Source: an uncultured delta proteobacterium
Lineage (GTDB): Bacteria; Desulfobacterota; Binatia; Bin18
Length of the DNA stretch: 64,000 bases
NCBI GenBank assembly: GCA_963733195.1
Contig: CAVTCR010000033.1
Span: 1 to 64,000, forward strand
Direction of reading: 5' to 3'
Shown here one piece after another: positions 44,597-55,259 of this stretch. The notes beneath the pieces are model-generated. The model saw nothing but the letters and a program-made list of their open reading frames with translations, was not told the origin of the DNA and did no database searches. Within the stretch, counting starts at the first letter, position 1; each line of letters begins with the position of its first letter. The translations under genes and the position numbers were made by a program.

Positions 44597-46267
44597 ATGG
44601 CTCAGGTCGATGGTAGTCAGCTGATGGCCGAAGGGCTCAGGGAAGAAGGCGTCGATACTATCTTCTACATTATGGGGGGGCCGAATATTCTCCTATCGAT
44701 GCATGCCGAGCGCCTGGGGATCCGTCTGATTGACGTACGCCATGAACAGGCGGCAGCGATGATGGCGCATGCTTATTCACGGGTGACCGGTAAGGTCGGT
44801 GTGTGTATGGGAGCTGGAGGTCCTGGGGCAGCGAATCTCCTGACCGGCATGTCGAACGCGTTTCTTGATGCGTGCCCGGTTCTGGCATTAGGCGGCTCCT
44901 CAGCGGTGAATTATTACGATCTTGGTGATTTTCAGGAATTCGATCAGCTTGCCGTATTTAAGCCGATCTCAAAGTGGGCAGTGCGCATTTATGAAGCCCG
45001 GCGGGCGAAAGAATACGTACACATGGGAATGCTTAAGGCCCGCCAAGGCAAACCCGGACCTGTATACTTGGATATGCCTGGCAATATGCTGGTCGAGAAG
45101 GTTGATGAGCGTAAGGTATCGCCACGACCAACGATCAGCCGGAAATCGACTTTGACAGCGGACAGCCATTCCATCGAGAGGGCAGTCGACCTCCTCAAGG
45201 GTGCAAAGAAACCACTGCTTGTCACAGGAAGTGGTATCTTTTGGTCGAATGCTGGTAAGGCGATGCAAGAGTTTGTCGAAACAACTGGGATTCCCTTTTT
45301 TACTACCCCGCAAGGACGAGGCGTTGTTGCAGATGACCATCCCTTGTCGCTTCTCGGAGCACGTTCATTCGCTTTCAAAGAAGCCGACGTGGTGCTGGTG
45401 GTTGGTACACGGATCAACTTCATCATTGGCTATGGTCAGCCGCCGCGGTTTTCCCCTGAGGCAAAGTTCATCCAGGTGGATGTCGATTCAGAGGAAATCG
45501 GTCGTACTCGAAGCGTTGAACTCGGGATCGTCGGTGATGCGAAAGCGGTATTCGAGCAACTGACTCAAGTGGCGAAAGGTCGAGTACGTTTTGGTGAGGA
45601 CTCAGCCTGGGTACAACAGCTCGGCGCAAAAGATCGTGAAAATCGCGAAAAGATGGTTCCGCTTCTCAACTCTACACAGACTCCAGTGCATCCGATGCGG
45701 CTCTGTAAAGAGGTACGTGACTTCATGCCTCGCAACGGTATTCTCGCGGTTGACGGACATGAGATCATGAACATGTCTCGGCAAGTAATTCCGTCGTTTG
45801 TCCCTGGGGCGCGGCTGAATCCCGGTCCGAATGGTTGTATGGGGGTAGGATTACCGTTTGGTGTTGGAGCCAAAGCTGCAGCGCCGGACAAGATGGTTGT
45901 TGTACTACATGGTGACGGATCACTCGGTATGAACCTGATGGAACTCGATACCGCGGTACGTAACCAGTTGCCGGTGCTCGTGGTTGTGAGCAATAATGCC
46001 GGATGGACCGCGCGAGCAAACGGAATGCATGTGCCAGGGCGTGAACTTGGCCATGTTCGGTATGACCAAGTTGCGCTTGGGTTTGGTGCGTATGGTGAAC
46101 TTGTTGAAGATCCAAAGGCGATTCGGCCTGCGTTGGAACGCGCAGTGAAGGAGGTGGAAAAAGGAAAACCTGCGCTGCTCAATGTGATTACGGAACCGAC
46201 GGCGCGAGCGCAGACGGTTCCGTTTGCGAGTTATGGCGGTGAGTCGGCAGGAACGTCGCTGATGTAA
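44597..46267 (+). CDS. TPP enzyme, 2-hydroxyacyl-CoA lyase/oxalyl-CoA decarboxylase-like
   Basis: RHEQAA, GDFQEFDQ, FFTTPQGRG, GCMGVGLPF, GDGS. Confidence 0.85.
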   Translation: MAQVDGSQLMAEGLREEGVDTIFYIMGGPNILLSMHAERLGIRLIDVRHEQAAAMMAHAYSRVTGKVGVCMGAGGPGAANLLTGMSNAFLDACPVLALGGSSAVNYYDLGDFQEFDQLAVFKPISKWAVRIYEARRAKEYVHMGMLKARQGKPGPVYLDMPGNMLVEKVDERKVSPRPTISRKSTLTADSHSIERAVDLLKGAKKPLLVTGSGIFWSNAGKAMQEFVETTGIPFFTTPQGRGVVADDHPLSLLGARSFAFKEADVVLVVGTRINFIIGYGQPPRFSPEAKFIQVDVDSEEIGRTRSVELGIVGDAKAVFEQLTQVAKGRVRFGEDSAWVQQLGAKDRENREKMVPLLNSTQTPVHPMRLCKEVRDFMPRNGILAVDGHEIMNMSRQVIPSFVPGARLNPGPNGCMGVGLPFGVGAKAAAPDKMVVVLHGDGSLGMNLMELDTAVRNQLPVLVVVSNNAGWTARANGMHVPGRELGHVRYDQVALGFGAYGELVEDPKAIRPALERAVKEVEKGKPALLNVITEPTARAQTVPFASYGGESAGTSLM

Positions 46268-46335
46268 GGTATAGGGAACAGGGAAGAGCAGGAAACAAAG
46301 AGTTTCTTCCTGTTCTATCCCTAAGAGGGAGCGCT

Positions 46336-47583
46336 ATGCAGGGATTTCTCTTCGACGTAAAGGTCCTCGAGCTCGCAGACGAGAAAGGCGAATTCCTCGG
46401 AAAGTTGTTGGCGGGAGCTGGGGCTGATGTTCTGAAAGTCGAGCCGCCGGAGGGGAATTCCACTCGTACTCTTGGTCCATTCTACCACGATGAATCTCAC
46501 CCAGATCGCAGTCTGTATTTTTGGCATTATAATTTTGGCAAACGGGGCGTGTCTCTCGATATTCATTCCCCCGAAGGCACGGCGATCCTTAAAAAACTCA
46601 TCGCGCAATGCGATGTGTTGGTTGATTCGCTTCCGCTCGATACGCTCAAAAAACTTGGCCTGGATTGGCAGGCTCTGCAACAACTCAACTCTCGGCTGAT
46701 TTATGTGGTGCTGACTCCTTTCGGACGCAGTGGTCCATGGCGCGATTACAAAGCGACGGACCTCGTTCATCTTGCATTGGGCGGACAGATGATGTGCTGT
46801 GGCTACAGCCCGCAAGAAGATGGGAAATATGATACCCCACCGATCGCGCCACAGATGTGGCACGCGTACCATATCGCTGGGAACCAAGCCTTTATCGCAA
46901 CAGTTGGAGCGCTTATCGGTCGTGAATCGACAGGGCAGGGTGAGATGATTGATGTGCCGATTCACCAGGCGGTGAGTGTCTGTACAGAAATCGATGTTCC
47001 CAATTGGATCTATAACCAAACTGCTTGTTATCGACAAACCGGGCGACACGCACAACCTGTTATTGGGCCAGAAGTGCAGTTCCCAACTAAAGACGACCGC
47101 TACTCAATCATTTTGCCTAATCCGTTTCCTGGTGGATACGAAACGATCGTGAGTTTTCTTGACGGCAAAGGGAAAGCCGGAGACCTCACTGACAAGAAGT
47201 ATGACGATCCCAATAACCGTAAAGGTCTCGCGTTTGCCAAACACTTCGCGGACGTGCAAGCTGAATGTGTTACCGCGTTTGGCATGGAAGAGATCTGGCG
47301 CGAAGGTCAGAACCTCGGGATTCCATGGTCGCCAATCCGTAAACCTGAGGAAAACTTGAGTGATGAACAATGGCAGATGCGGGCGACGTTCACTGAAGTT
47401 GAACATCCAGAACTGGGTGAGCGTTTTTCCTACGTTGGTGCGCCGATGCTGCCGCAGGAAGTGTCCTGGCGCACTGGACCGCGCGCACCGCTCGTCGGAG
47501 AACACAACGAGGATGTCTTTTGTGGGAGATTGGGGATGAGTCAAGATGAGATCGTTGCACTGAAAGAGCGCGGAATTGTATAA
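46336..47583 (+). CDS. CoA-transferase family III (CaiB/BaiF; BbsE-like subunit)
   Basis: GKLLAGAGADVLKVEPPEG, NFGKRG, TPFG..GP, APLVGEHN. Confidence 0.9.
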   Translation: MQGFLFDVKVLELADEKGEFLGKLLAGAGADVLKVEPPEGNSTRTLGPFYHDESHPDRSLYFWHYNFGKRGVSLDIHSPEGTAILKKLIAQCDVLVDSLPLDTLKKLGLDWQALQQLNSRLIYVVLTPFGRSGPWRDYKATDLVHLALGGQMMCCGYSPQEDGKYDTPPIAPQMWHAYHIAGNQAFIATVGALIGRESTGQGEMIDVPIHQAVSVCTEIDVPNWIYNQTACYRQTGRHAQPVIGPEVQFPTKDDRYSIILPNPFPGGYETIVSFLDGKGKAGDLTDKKYDDPNNRKGLAFAKHFADVQAECVTAFGMEEIWREGQNLGIPWSPIRKPEENLSDEQWQMRATFTEVEHPELGERFSYVGAPMLPQEVSWRTGPRAPLVGEHNEDVFCGRLGMSQDEIVALKERGIV

Positions 47584-47614
47584 GGGCGAAATGGGTAAAG
47601 GATAAAGGATAAAA

Positions 47615-48911
47615 ATGGGACATCGACCATTAGAAGGTGTGCGGGTTGCTGATCTGACGTGGCTGCTCGCTGGTGCTGGCGGGCCGCGATTACTTGCTAG
47701 TCTTGGCGCTGAGATTATCCGCATCGAATGGAAAGATCGCCTTGATTTCCTCCGCTATATGCCGCCGTTTGCACCGTCCAAAGGCGAGCAGGCAGAAAAA
47801 GCCGGCGCGCTAGAGATGACTGGTCTCAGCAAAGACAGCGCGAAAAGCGTGAATCGGGCTGGCTTTTTTAACGACGTTAACGCAGGGAAACGTGGCATCA
47901 GTCTGAACATGGGGCATCCCAAAGGCCGCGAACTGTTCAAGCGACTGGTGGGGATTAGTGATGTCGTAGTCGAGGCCTTCACTGCAGAAACCATGCGCAA
48001 ATGGGGCTTGGGCTACGAAGAACTCAAAGCGATTAAGAACGATATCATTTACATCCAACAACCAGGTTGGGGGTACAAAGGTCCGTATGTCAAATTCGTT
48101 TCCTACGGCCCGATCGCACAAGCTGCGAGTGGCTTGACTGAACAGTCTGGACTGCCATGCTCCCCACCCACCTGCGGGTTGGGGATTTTCGTACATGGAT
48201 TGGAGCGGGGCATATTACTGTGCGATCTCTATGCTCTGTGCAATCTATTACAAGAAACGTACTGGCAAAGGGCAGTACATTGATTGCTCGCAGGTTGAAC
48301 CGGGAATCTATATGACTGGGACGGCGGTGCTCGATTCGCTGATCAATGGACGCTCTTGGCAGCGGACTGGTAATCGCTCTCCATACAAGGCTGCTGCACC
48401 GCATGGCGCGTATCGCTGCACTGGTGATGACCGCTGGATTGCAATTGCGGTCACAAATGACGCTGAGTGGACGGCCTTAGTGCAAACGATGGGTAATCCG
48501 GTCTGGAGTCAGCAAGAGCAATTTCGCTCTCTCACTGCGCGTTTGCTGCATCAAGACGAACTTGATCAATTCGTGAGCGAGTGGACGAAAGATCAAGAGC
48601 CATTTGCCCTGCAGGAGCGGCTACAGAAAGCCGGAGTTCCGGCTGGTGTATGCCAGACCGCACAAGATCGTATTGAACGAGATCCTCAACTCCAGCATCT
48701 GAAATGGTTGATCCCTCTTCGCCACACAGAAATTGGCGAGTGGCCAATCAAGGATGTTCCGTTCCACTTCACTAATGGAATTGTAAACCAAGGTGGACCG
48801 ACGGAACGCGCGGCACCATGTTATGGGGAAGATAGTGATTATGTGTATGACGAGTTGTTGAAGTTAACCAAACAAGAGAAGGCGGAGTTGGAGAAAGAAG
48901 GTGTCATTTAG
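47615..48911 (+). CDS. CoA-transferase family III (BbsF-like subunit; frameshift ~48170)
   Basis: PLEGVRVADLT, LASLGAEIIRIE, NAGKRG, APHGAYRC. Confidence 0.9.
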
Positions 48912-49012
48912 GAGTCATGGGATCAGGGATTGGGGGCTGGGAAAAGGTAATGAGAATACCTAACTCCCAACCCCTGACTCCCGATCCCTGTAGCGCAGAA
49001 AGGAGGTCAGTA

Positions 49013-50695
49013 ATGTCTTACGATCTACTTATTAAGAATGGGACGGTTGTTGATGGTACCGGCGCGCCACAGTATCGGGCGGACGTCGCTGTTGCCAACG
49101 GGAGGATTGCTGAGATCGGTAAAATCACCGAAGGAGCGAAAAAGACTCTTGATGCCTCGGACCTTATTGTCGCACCAGGATTTATTGATCCGCATACACA
49201 TTATGATGCACAGATTTGCTGGGATCCGCTTATTACCTCGTCTTCCTGGCATGGCGTGACGAGTCTCGTCATGGGAAACTGTGGCGTCGGGATCGCACCA
49301 TGTAAACCAGAAGCGCGCGAAATCGCCGCGTGGGATCTCGTCAATGTCGAAGCTATTCCCTTTGACGTGCTAACCAAGGGCATAACCTGGGATTGGGTGA
49401 CGTTCCCTGAGTACATGGATGCGGCGCAGAAGCGCGGCAGCGGCATCAACGTTGGGTTTATGGCCCCGCTGACCCCATTCCGTCACTTTGTGATGGGCGA
49501 GGAGTCGATGGACCGCCCGGCGACGTCGCAAGAAACCGCGCAGATCAAGGCGTTGATCAAAGAAGCCGTGGCGGCGGGAGCGTTCGGCTTCACCACGACT
49601 AATGTTGCGCAGCATATTGGCTACAAAGGCCGTCCGATTGCCTGCCGGCAGGCGGACCACAATGAGTTCAAAGCCTACGCCAATGCGCTCAAGGAATTGG
49701 GCAAAGGCTGCATGGAACTGGCGCTGACGAACGACGTCGGGGCTATCGATGAGCAAGAGTACGCGTTATTAGACTTGCTGCTAACCGAAAGCGGCCGCCC
49801 GGTCACGTGGCTGGCGCTGCTCGATCGTGATGATAGACCTGGATCTTGGAAGAAGACGCTTGAGGCGACTGACGCCCTATGCAAGAAAGGAGCGGTGCCG
49901 CAAGTGAGCTGTCGACCGCTCATTATCCAGATCGATTTGCGCGTGCCTTTCATTTTCGCGAACCTGCCGTGTTGGAAACCCGCCTTCCAGCGTCCAGTGG
50001 AGGAACAGAAACAATTCTACCGTGATGCAAGCTTCCGCGCGGGCTTCCGCAAAGAGATGGAGGCGCCCAAGGTGTTCGGCGGCAAATGGGAACGGTGCGT
50101 CGTGCATGAAGTAGGAAACCCGGCGATGAAATCGTTGATCGGGAAGTCCGTGGCGCAGATCGCCAAAGAGCGTGGCAAGGATGGCCTCGACACCTTCCTG
50201 GATCTGGCGATCGAGGATGATCTGCAACTCCTGTACACCTATGAATTGTTCAACGCGAAGGAAGAGAATATCCCGGAGCTGATCCTCGAGCCACGCGTGA
50301 TGATCGGCCTCTCGGACGGCGGCGCCCACTGCGATATGCTGTGCGACGTCGGGTACTGCACGTATCTGTTGGGGACCTGGGTGCGCGACAAAGGTGTTCT
50401 TACCTTAGAGCATGCTATCAAACGCATTACCTCTGAGCCTGCGGCGTTCTTCGGTATTACCCAACGCGGCATGATCAAGAAAGGCTTAGCTGCTGACTTT
50501 GCCATCTTTGACTTCAACACGGTGGGTTCGAAGAAGCGTGGCGATATGGTTAATGACCTGCCGGGCGGCGGCAAACGGCTCATCATGCCTGCACAAGGCG
50601 TGCAATACACTGTCGTGAACGGTTCGGTGCTGTATGACGGCGGCAAACACACTGGCGCGATGCCTGGACAAGTGCTGCGTTCAGGGCAAGCGTAG
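49013..50695 (+). CDS. Amidohydrolase (N-acyl-D-amino-acid deacylase family)
   Basis: PGFIDPHTHYD, SDGGAH; paralog of 41500-43182. Confidence 0.9.
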   Translation: MSYDLLIKNGTVVDGTGAPQYRADVAVANGRIAEIGKITEGAKKTLDASDLIVAPGFIDPHTHYDAQICWDPLITSSSWHGVTSLVMGNCGVGIAPCKPEAREIAAWDLVNVEAIPFDVLTKGITWDWVTFPEYMDAAQKRGSGINVGFMAPLTPFRHFVMGEESMDRPATSQETAQIKALIKEAVAAGAFGFTTTNVAQHIGYKGRPIACRQADHNEFKAYANALKELGKGCMELALTNDVGAIDEQEYALLDLLLTESGRPVTWLALLDRDDRPGSWKKTLEATDALCKKGAVPQVSCRPLIIQIDLRVPFIFANLPCWKPAFQRPVEEQKQFYRDASFRAGFRKEMEAPKVFGGKWERCVVHEVGNPAMKSLIGKSVAQIAKERGKDGLDTFLDLAIEDDLQLLYTYELFNAKEENIPELILEPRVMIGLSDGGAHCDMLCDVGYCTYLLGTWVRDKGVLTLEHAIKRITSEPAAFFGITQRGMIKKGLAADFAIFDFNTVGSKKRGDMVNDLPGGGKRLIMPAQGVQYTVVNGSVLYDGGKHTGAMPGQVLRSGQA

Positions 50696-50815
50696 GAAAT
50701 CCAGTAGTCAGTATTCAGGTAAGCCAGTAAGTTCTAGGGTAGGCAGCTCCCGATTGTCTGTTGCCACAGCCTCTAACAGTTTCTAGGCTGAAGGTCTCAA
50801 AAGGAGGACCTGACC

Positions 50816-51262
50816 ATGCTACAGAAACTTTTTCACGTCAACGTCTGTGTACGTGATATGGAGCGGTCGATTCGCTTCTATCAAGATCTTGGATTCACCA
50901 AGGTCAACGATTTTACCCTCGATGATCCGAGCGTGGGTGATGCGCTTGGGATAAAGGCAAAGAAACTGCGCGGTGTATTCATGCGCTTAGGAAATGATGC
51001 CAATGCGCCAGTGCTTGATCTCGTGCAGTTCATCGATCCACCGACCCAAGGCCAGCCGTATCCGACCCTGAATAACGTTGGCATCTGCCGTATTGCTTTC
51101 ACGGTTGACGACATCGACAAAACCTACGAACAGCTCAAGGCGCTGAAGGTTGATTTTGTTGCTCCGCTCAAGAAGATCAACGGGCCAAATGGTAACCAGA
51201 TTGGTGTGGTCTGTTTCAAAGACCCGGATGGGACGATTCTTGAGTTGATTAGTGGGATGTAA
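50816..51262 (+). CDS. VOC family protein
   Basis: HVNVCVRDMERSIRFY..FKDPDG..LEL. Confidence 0.9.
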   Translation: MLQKLFHVNVCVRDMERSIRFYQDLGFTKVNDFTLDDPSVGDALGIKAKKLRGVFMRLGNDANAPVLDLVQFIDPPTQGQPYPTLNNVGICRIAFTVDDIDKTYEQLKALKVDFVAPLKKINGPNGNQIGVVCFKDPDGTILELISGM

Positions 51263-51310
51263 GTCAGGCTATTGGGGAAGAGGAGAAATGGAGAAGAGGA
51301 AAGGAACGGC

Positions 51311-52392
51311 ATGAAATTCGGGATTTTTTACGAGATCACAGTGCCACGCAAATGGGGTCGTGAGGCTGAAGCGAAGACCTTCCATGAAGTCGTCGAACAG
51401 GTTGTACTGGCTGAACAAGTGGGTTTCGACAACTTCTGGACTGTCGAGCATCACTTCTTGGATGAGTTTTCCCACTGTTCAGCACCAGAAGTGTTGTATG
51501 GAGTCATTGCTGCCAAGACGAAGCGCATTCGTATCGGCCATGGTGTGAGACTGTTGCCGTTCCCCTACAACCATCCTGTACGCGTAGCCGAGTCAGCAGC
51601 AACGCTCGATATTCTCTCCAATGGCCGTCTAGAGTTTGGCACTGGTCGATCGGCAACAATGACCGAACTCGGCGGCTTCGGCATCAATCCAGCCGATACG
51701 CGTGGCATGTGGGAGGAATCACTCTCCATTCTTCCGCGGATGTGGAAAGAAGATCCGTTTCGCGGCCATGAAGGAAAGTACTTCAAAATTCCACAACGTA
51801 ACGTGGTGCCGAAGCCGATTCAAACTCCTCACCCGCCGTTATGGATGGCGTGTTCAAGTCCCGAGAGTCACGAGCTTGCCGGGAAAAAGGGGCTGGGCTC
51901 TTGTCTTTTACGCTCGCACTGCATCTGCAAGAAGTTGGCAGACGCGTGCAGTTGTACAAAAATGCTATTGCCAACGCCAAGCCAGTCGGTGACTTCGCGA
52001 ACAACCAAGCAGCGGTGTTTTCGCTAGTGCACTGTTCGCGCACGAACAAGGAAGCACGGGAAGAAGCCGAAGAAGGAGTGCTGTGGTACAACCACAAATC
52101 GTTTGAACAGCTCGGGCAATCGGTCGATGCCTTTGTGCAGCAGGGCTCTGGCTACGAGTATTACGACAAGTTTAATAAAGCCCGACCAGACAAATTTACC
52201 TTTGATTATGTTGATAAACACAGCATGGTGATTGTCGGTGATCCTGCCTATTGCATTGAGAAGGTCCAGCAATACAAAGATATCGGTGTTGAGCAGTTGC
52301 TCTGTTTGATGCAGAACTACGGCATCCCGCACGAGAAGACGATGCAGTCGATCCGTTTGTGGGGCGAGAAAGTAATTCCGCATTTTAAGTAG
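51311..52392 (+). CDS. LLM-class flavin-dependent oxidoreductase (frameshift ~51900)
   Basis: MKFGIF, WTVEHHF, ATLDILSNGRLEFGTGR, PKPIQ.PHPP. Confidence 0.92.
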
Positions 52393-52423
52393 TTATCAGT
52401 CGTCAGTTGTCAGTAAAGAAGAA

Positions 52424-52444
52424 GTAGGGTGGGCACTGCCCACC
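52424..52444 (+). repeat. GTAG-type REP-like palindrome
   Basis: GTAG-GGTGGGC-ACT-GCCCACC. Confidence 0.6.
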
Positions 52445-52454
52445 TTTTCTCGAC

Positions 52455-53552
52455 ATGGGAGGAAATATTAGATGGCGACAGATTCGTCCGATCGATCCCG
52501 CAAAAGTGAAAGCCAGTGGAGAGCGAATTTTCGGGTATCTGAAAGGGATGGGCGTTTCAGCGATGATTTACCTTGGCGATACGCTGGGACTCTATCGGGC
52601 TATGCAGAACGCTGGACCGTTGACGAGTGAAGAATTGGCGCAGAAAGCGGGATTGCACGAGCGGTGGGTGCGAGAGTGGCTGCGAGGCCAGGCCGCGGCT
52701 GGAGTCTTAGATTATGTAGGAGGCGAGCGCTTCGAGTTATCTGTAGAGACAGGAATGTTTTTGGCTGATCCGGATAGTCCGAAGCTGGCGGTAGGAATTT
52801 TTAGTGATCTGCCGCAACGGATGGCGGTAGTTGAACGCCTCCCGGAATCATTCAAGACTGGCATAGGGCTAAAATATGATGCGCGCGGGCCTGAGGGGGC
52901 AGTCGGCATCGAGCGCGTGTTTGGTAATTGGTACCGTTTTTCCCTCGTGCAGCAAGTGCTTCCGAAGCTAGAAGGAGTAACGGACAAGCTCCGCTCCGGG
53001 GCGACCGCGGCGGATATTGGCTGCGGGGCGGGGATGGCGCTCATTGTCATGGCAAAGGCGTTTCCACAATCTCAGTTCCACGGCTATGACATTTCTCAGC
53101 ATGCGCTAGCACGAGCCGAAACGAACAAGGCCAGTGCCGGAGTGAAAAACGTTACATATCATGATGCGGCGGTTGATCGTTTGCCAGCCGATAATAGTGT
53201 TGATTTTATTACGACCTTTGACTGTATCCATGACATGACGCACCCGATGGAAATGATTCACACCATCCGGAAGGCAATCAAGCCTGATGGTACGTGGTTT
53301 ATTGCTGATCCCAAGAGTGCACCAACCTTTGAGGAAAACTTAGCGAAGAACCCCATGACGGCCTTGATGTATGCATTCTCAGTCATGGGCTGTATGTCTT
53401 CGGCGTTGTCTGAACCGGGTGGGGCAGGGCTCGGTACTTTGGGGTTCAATGAGACAGTAGCGCGACGCATGACCGCGGAAGCTGGATTTACCCGTTTCAC
53501 TCGACATGACTTTGAAAATCCGCTGAATGCGTACTACGAAGTGCGACCATAG
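52455..53552 (+). CDS. Class I SAM methyltransferase with N-terminal wHTH (Rv2258c-like); true start probably ATG 52472 with an indel
   Basis: LHERWVREWL, DIGCGAG, FDCIHD. Confidence 0.88.
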   Translation: MGGNIRWRQIRPIDPAKVKASGERIFGYLKGMGVSAMIYLGDTLGLYRAMQNAGPLTSEELAQKAGLHERWVREWLRGQAAAGVLDYVGGERFELSVETGMFLADPDSPKLAVGIFSDLPQRMAVVERLPESFKTGIGLKYDARGPEGAVGIERVFGNWYRFSLVQQVLPKLEGVTDKLRSGATAADIGCGAGMALIVMAKAFPQSQFHGYDISQHALARAETNKASAGVKNVTYHDAAVDRLPADNSVDFITTFDCIHDMTHPMEMIHTIRKAIKPDGTWFIADPKSAPTFEENLAKNPMTALMYAFSVMGCMSSALSEPGGAGLGTLGFNETVARRMTAEAGFTRFTRHDFENPLNAYYEVRP

Positions 53553-53687
53553 GAGGTATTGGTTAAGGCAGCATTTGTACAGCTCCTGTAAAGAGGAGAA
53601 CTTTGCTTGTCTGTTGAACATGGAAGGCAGGTTCCCTCTCCGAGTTCAATAAGCCGGAAATCTGTGCAGAAAGAAAGGTAGGCTATC

Positions 53688-54767
53688 ATGACAGACTCCC
53701 AGTCTATTGACAAAGAAAAAGTGAAGGCATTTGCCGAACAAGTGTTTGGCTTCCTTGGTGGCACCGTTATCTCGGCAATGATCTACCTCGGCGATCGCAT
53801 GGGGCTTTACCAAGTACTACAAAACTCCGGACCAATGACGAGCGAGGAATTAGCGAAGAAGACCGGTCTGCATGAGCGTTGGATACGTGAGTGGTTGCAG
53901 GGGCAAGCTGCTGCCAGACTGATCGATTACCAAGGTAATGGCCGGTTTGCCTTATCACCTGAGGCTGCACTGGTCTTGGCTAATGAAAATAGCCCCGCGT
54001 TTATTGCTGGGGGCTTTTGTGCTTTACCGCAGTGGATGGCGGTGTTAGAGCGACTGCCCGAATCTTTCAAGAGCGGACTTGGTCTTCCATACGATGCTTT
54101 CGGACCGGAAGGCGCACGCGGGGTCGAACGTTTGTTTGCTCCCTGGTTTCGCACGCAACTCGTGCCGGTGGCTCTACCGCGACTCGACGGAGTCGTCACC
54201 AAGCTTGAGGCGGGCGCGAAAGTCGCTGACGTCGGGTGTGGCTCAGGAGTGGCGCTGGTGGAAATGGCCAAAGCGTATCCAAAGGCATCTTTCCATGGCT
54301 ACGACATCTCTACGAATGCGTTGGCGCGAGCAGAAGCACATAAGGCGCAAAGCGGAGTGCGCAACGCGACTTTCCATAATGTCAACGGTGACGCTCTACC
54401 TGAAGACGCGAGTTTTGATTTCATTACGACCTTCGACTGTATCCATGACATGCCGAATCCTGACTCCGTCATTCGTGCGATTCGCAAAGCGATACATCGA
54501 GATGGAACGTGGCTCATCGCTGACATCCACGGCAAAGGAACATTTGAGGAAAATCTTGTGGATAACCCTATGGCAGGGATGATGTACGCCTTCTCCGTTC
54601 TCAGTTGTATGTCGTCTTCCCTGTCCGTACCGGGAGGTGCAGGGCTCGGAACGCTGGGTTTTAGTGAGCCGGTCGCTCGCGCGATGACTGCTGCGGCTGG
54701 CTTCACGCGCTTCCAGCCGAAAGATTTCGAGAATCCGTTCAATGCCTATTACGAGGTCCGTCCATAA
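53688..54767 (+). CDS. Class I SAM methyltransferase (tandem paralog)
   Basis: LHERWIREWL, DVGCGSG, FDCIHD, NAYYEVRP. Confidence 0.9.
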   Translation: MTDSQSIDKEKVKAFAEQVFGFLGGTVISAMIYLGDRMGLYQVLQNSGPMTSEELAKKTGLHERWIREWLQGQAAARLIDYQGNGRFALSPEAALVLANENSPAFIAGGFCALPQWMAVLERLPESFKSGLGLPYDAFGPEGARGVERLFAPWFRTQLVPVALPRLDGVVTKLEAGAKVADVGCGSGVALVEMAKAYPKASFHGYDISTNALARAEAHKAQSGVRNATFHNVNGDALPEDASFDFITTFDCIHDMPNPDSVIRAIRKAIHRDGTWLIADIHGKGTFEENLVDNPMAGMMYAFSVLSCMSSSLSVPGGAGLGTLGFSEPVARAMTAAAGFTRFQPKDFENPFNAYYEVRP

Positions 54768-54797
54768 CCCCCACTCTAGAAAGAGAAGAACACGGCA

Positions 54798-55199
54798 ATG
54801 GAAAAGAAATTCATCAATCCACCAACAATTGCGACTCCCCGAGGATATACACATATAGTGACAGCAACCAGCGGGAAGATGGTATTCATCTCCGGGCAGG
54901 TTGCTTTCAATGTGAAAGGTGAACTTGTTGGTAAGGGCGATCTACGGGCGCAAACGACGCAGGTCTATGAGAACTTGAAGAACGCATTGGCTGCAGCCGG
55001 GGCTACGACGGCTGATGTCGTGAAGCTCAATACCTACGTGGTTGACTTTAAGTCCTCTGACTTAGCGGCGATTCGGGAAGTGCGAGGGCAGTATTTCCCG
55101 TTTGAGAATATGCCAGCGAGCACCCTTGTTGGTGTCCAAGCCCTCGCCTTCGAAGGGTTACTGATTGAGATCGAGGCGATTGCGATAGTGAAGGAATAA
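54798..55199 (+). CDS. RidA family protein
   Basis: FISGQV, PASTLVGV..L....LIEIEAIA. Confidence 0.92.
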   Translation: MEKKFINPPTIATPRGYTHIVTATSGKMVFISGQVAFNVKGELVGKGDLRAQTTQVYENLKNALAAAGATTADVVKLNTYVVDFKSSDLAAIREVRGQYFPFENMPASTLVGVQALAFEGLLIEIEAIAIVKE

Positions 55200-55259
55200 C
55201 ACCTCAGGTTAGGACGAAAAGGCAAGAAGCAAAAGGTAAAAGTATCGAAGGAAGAAAAT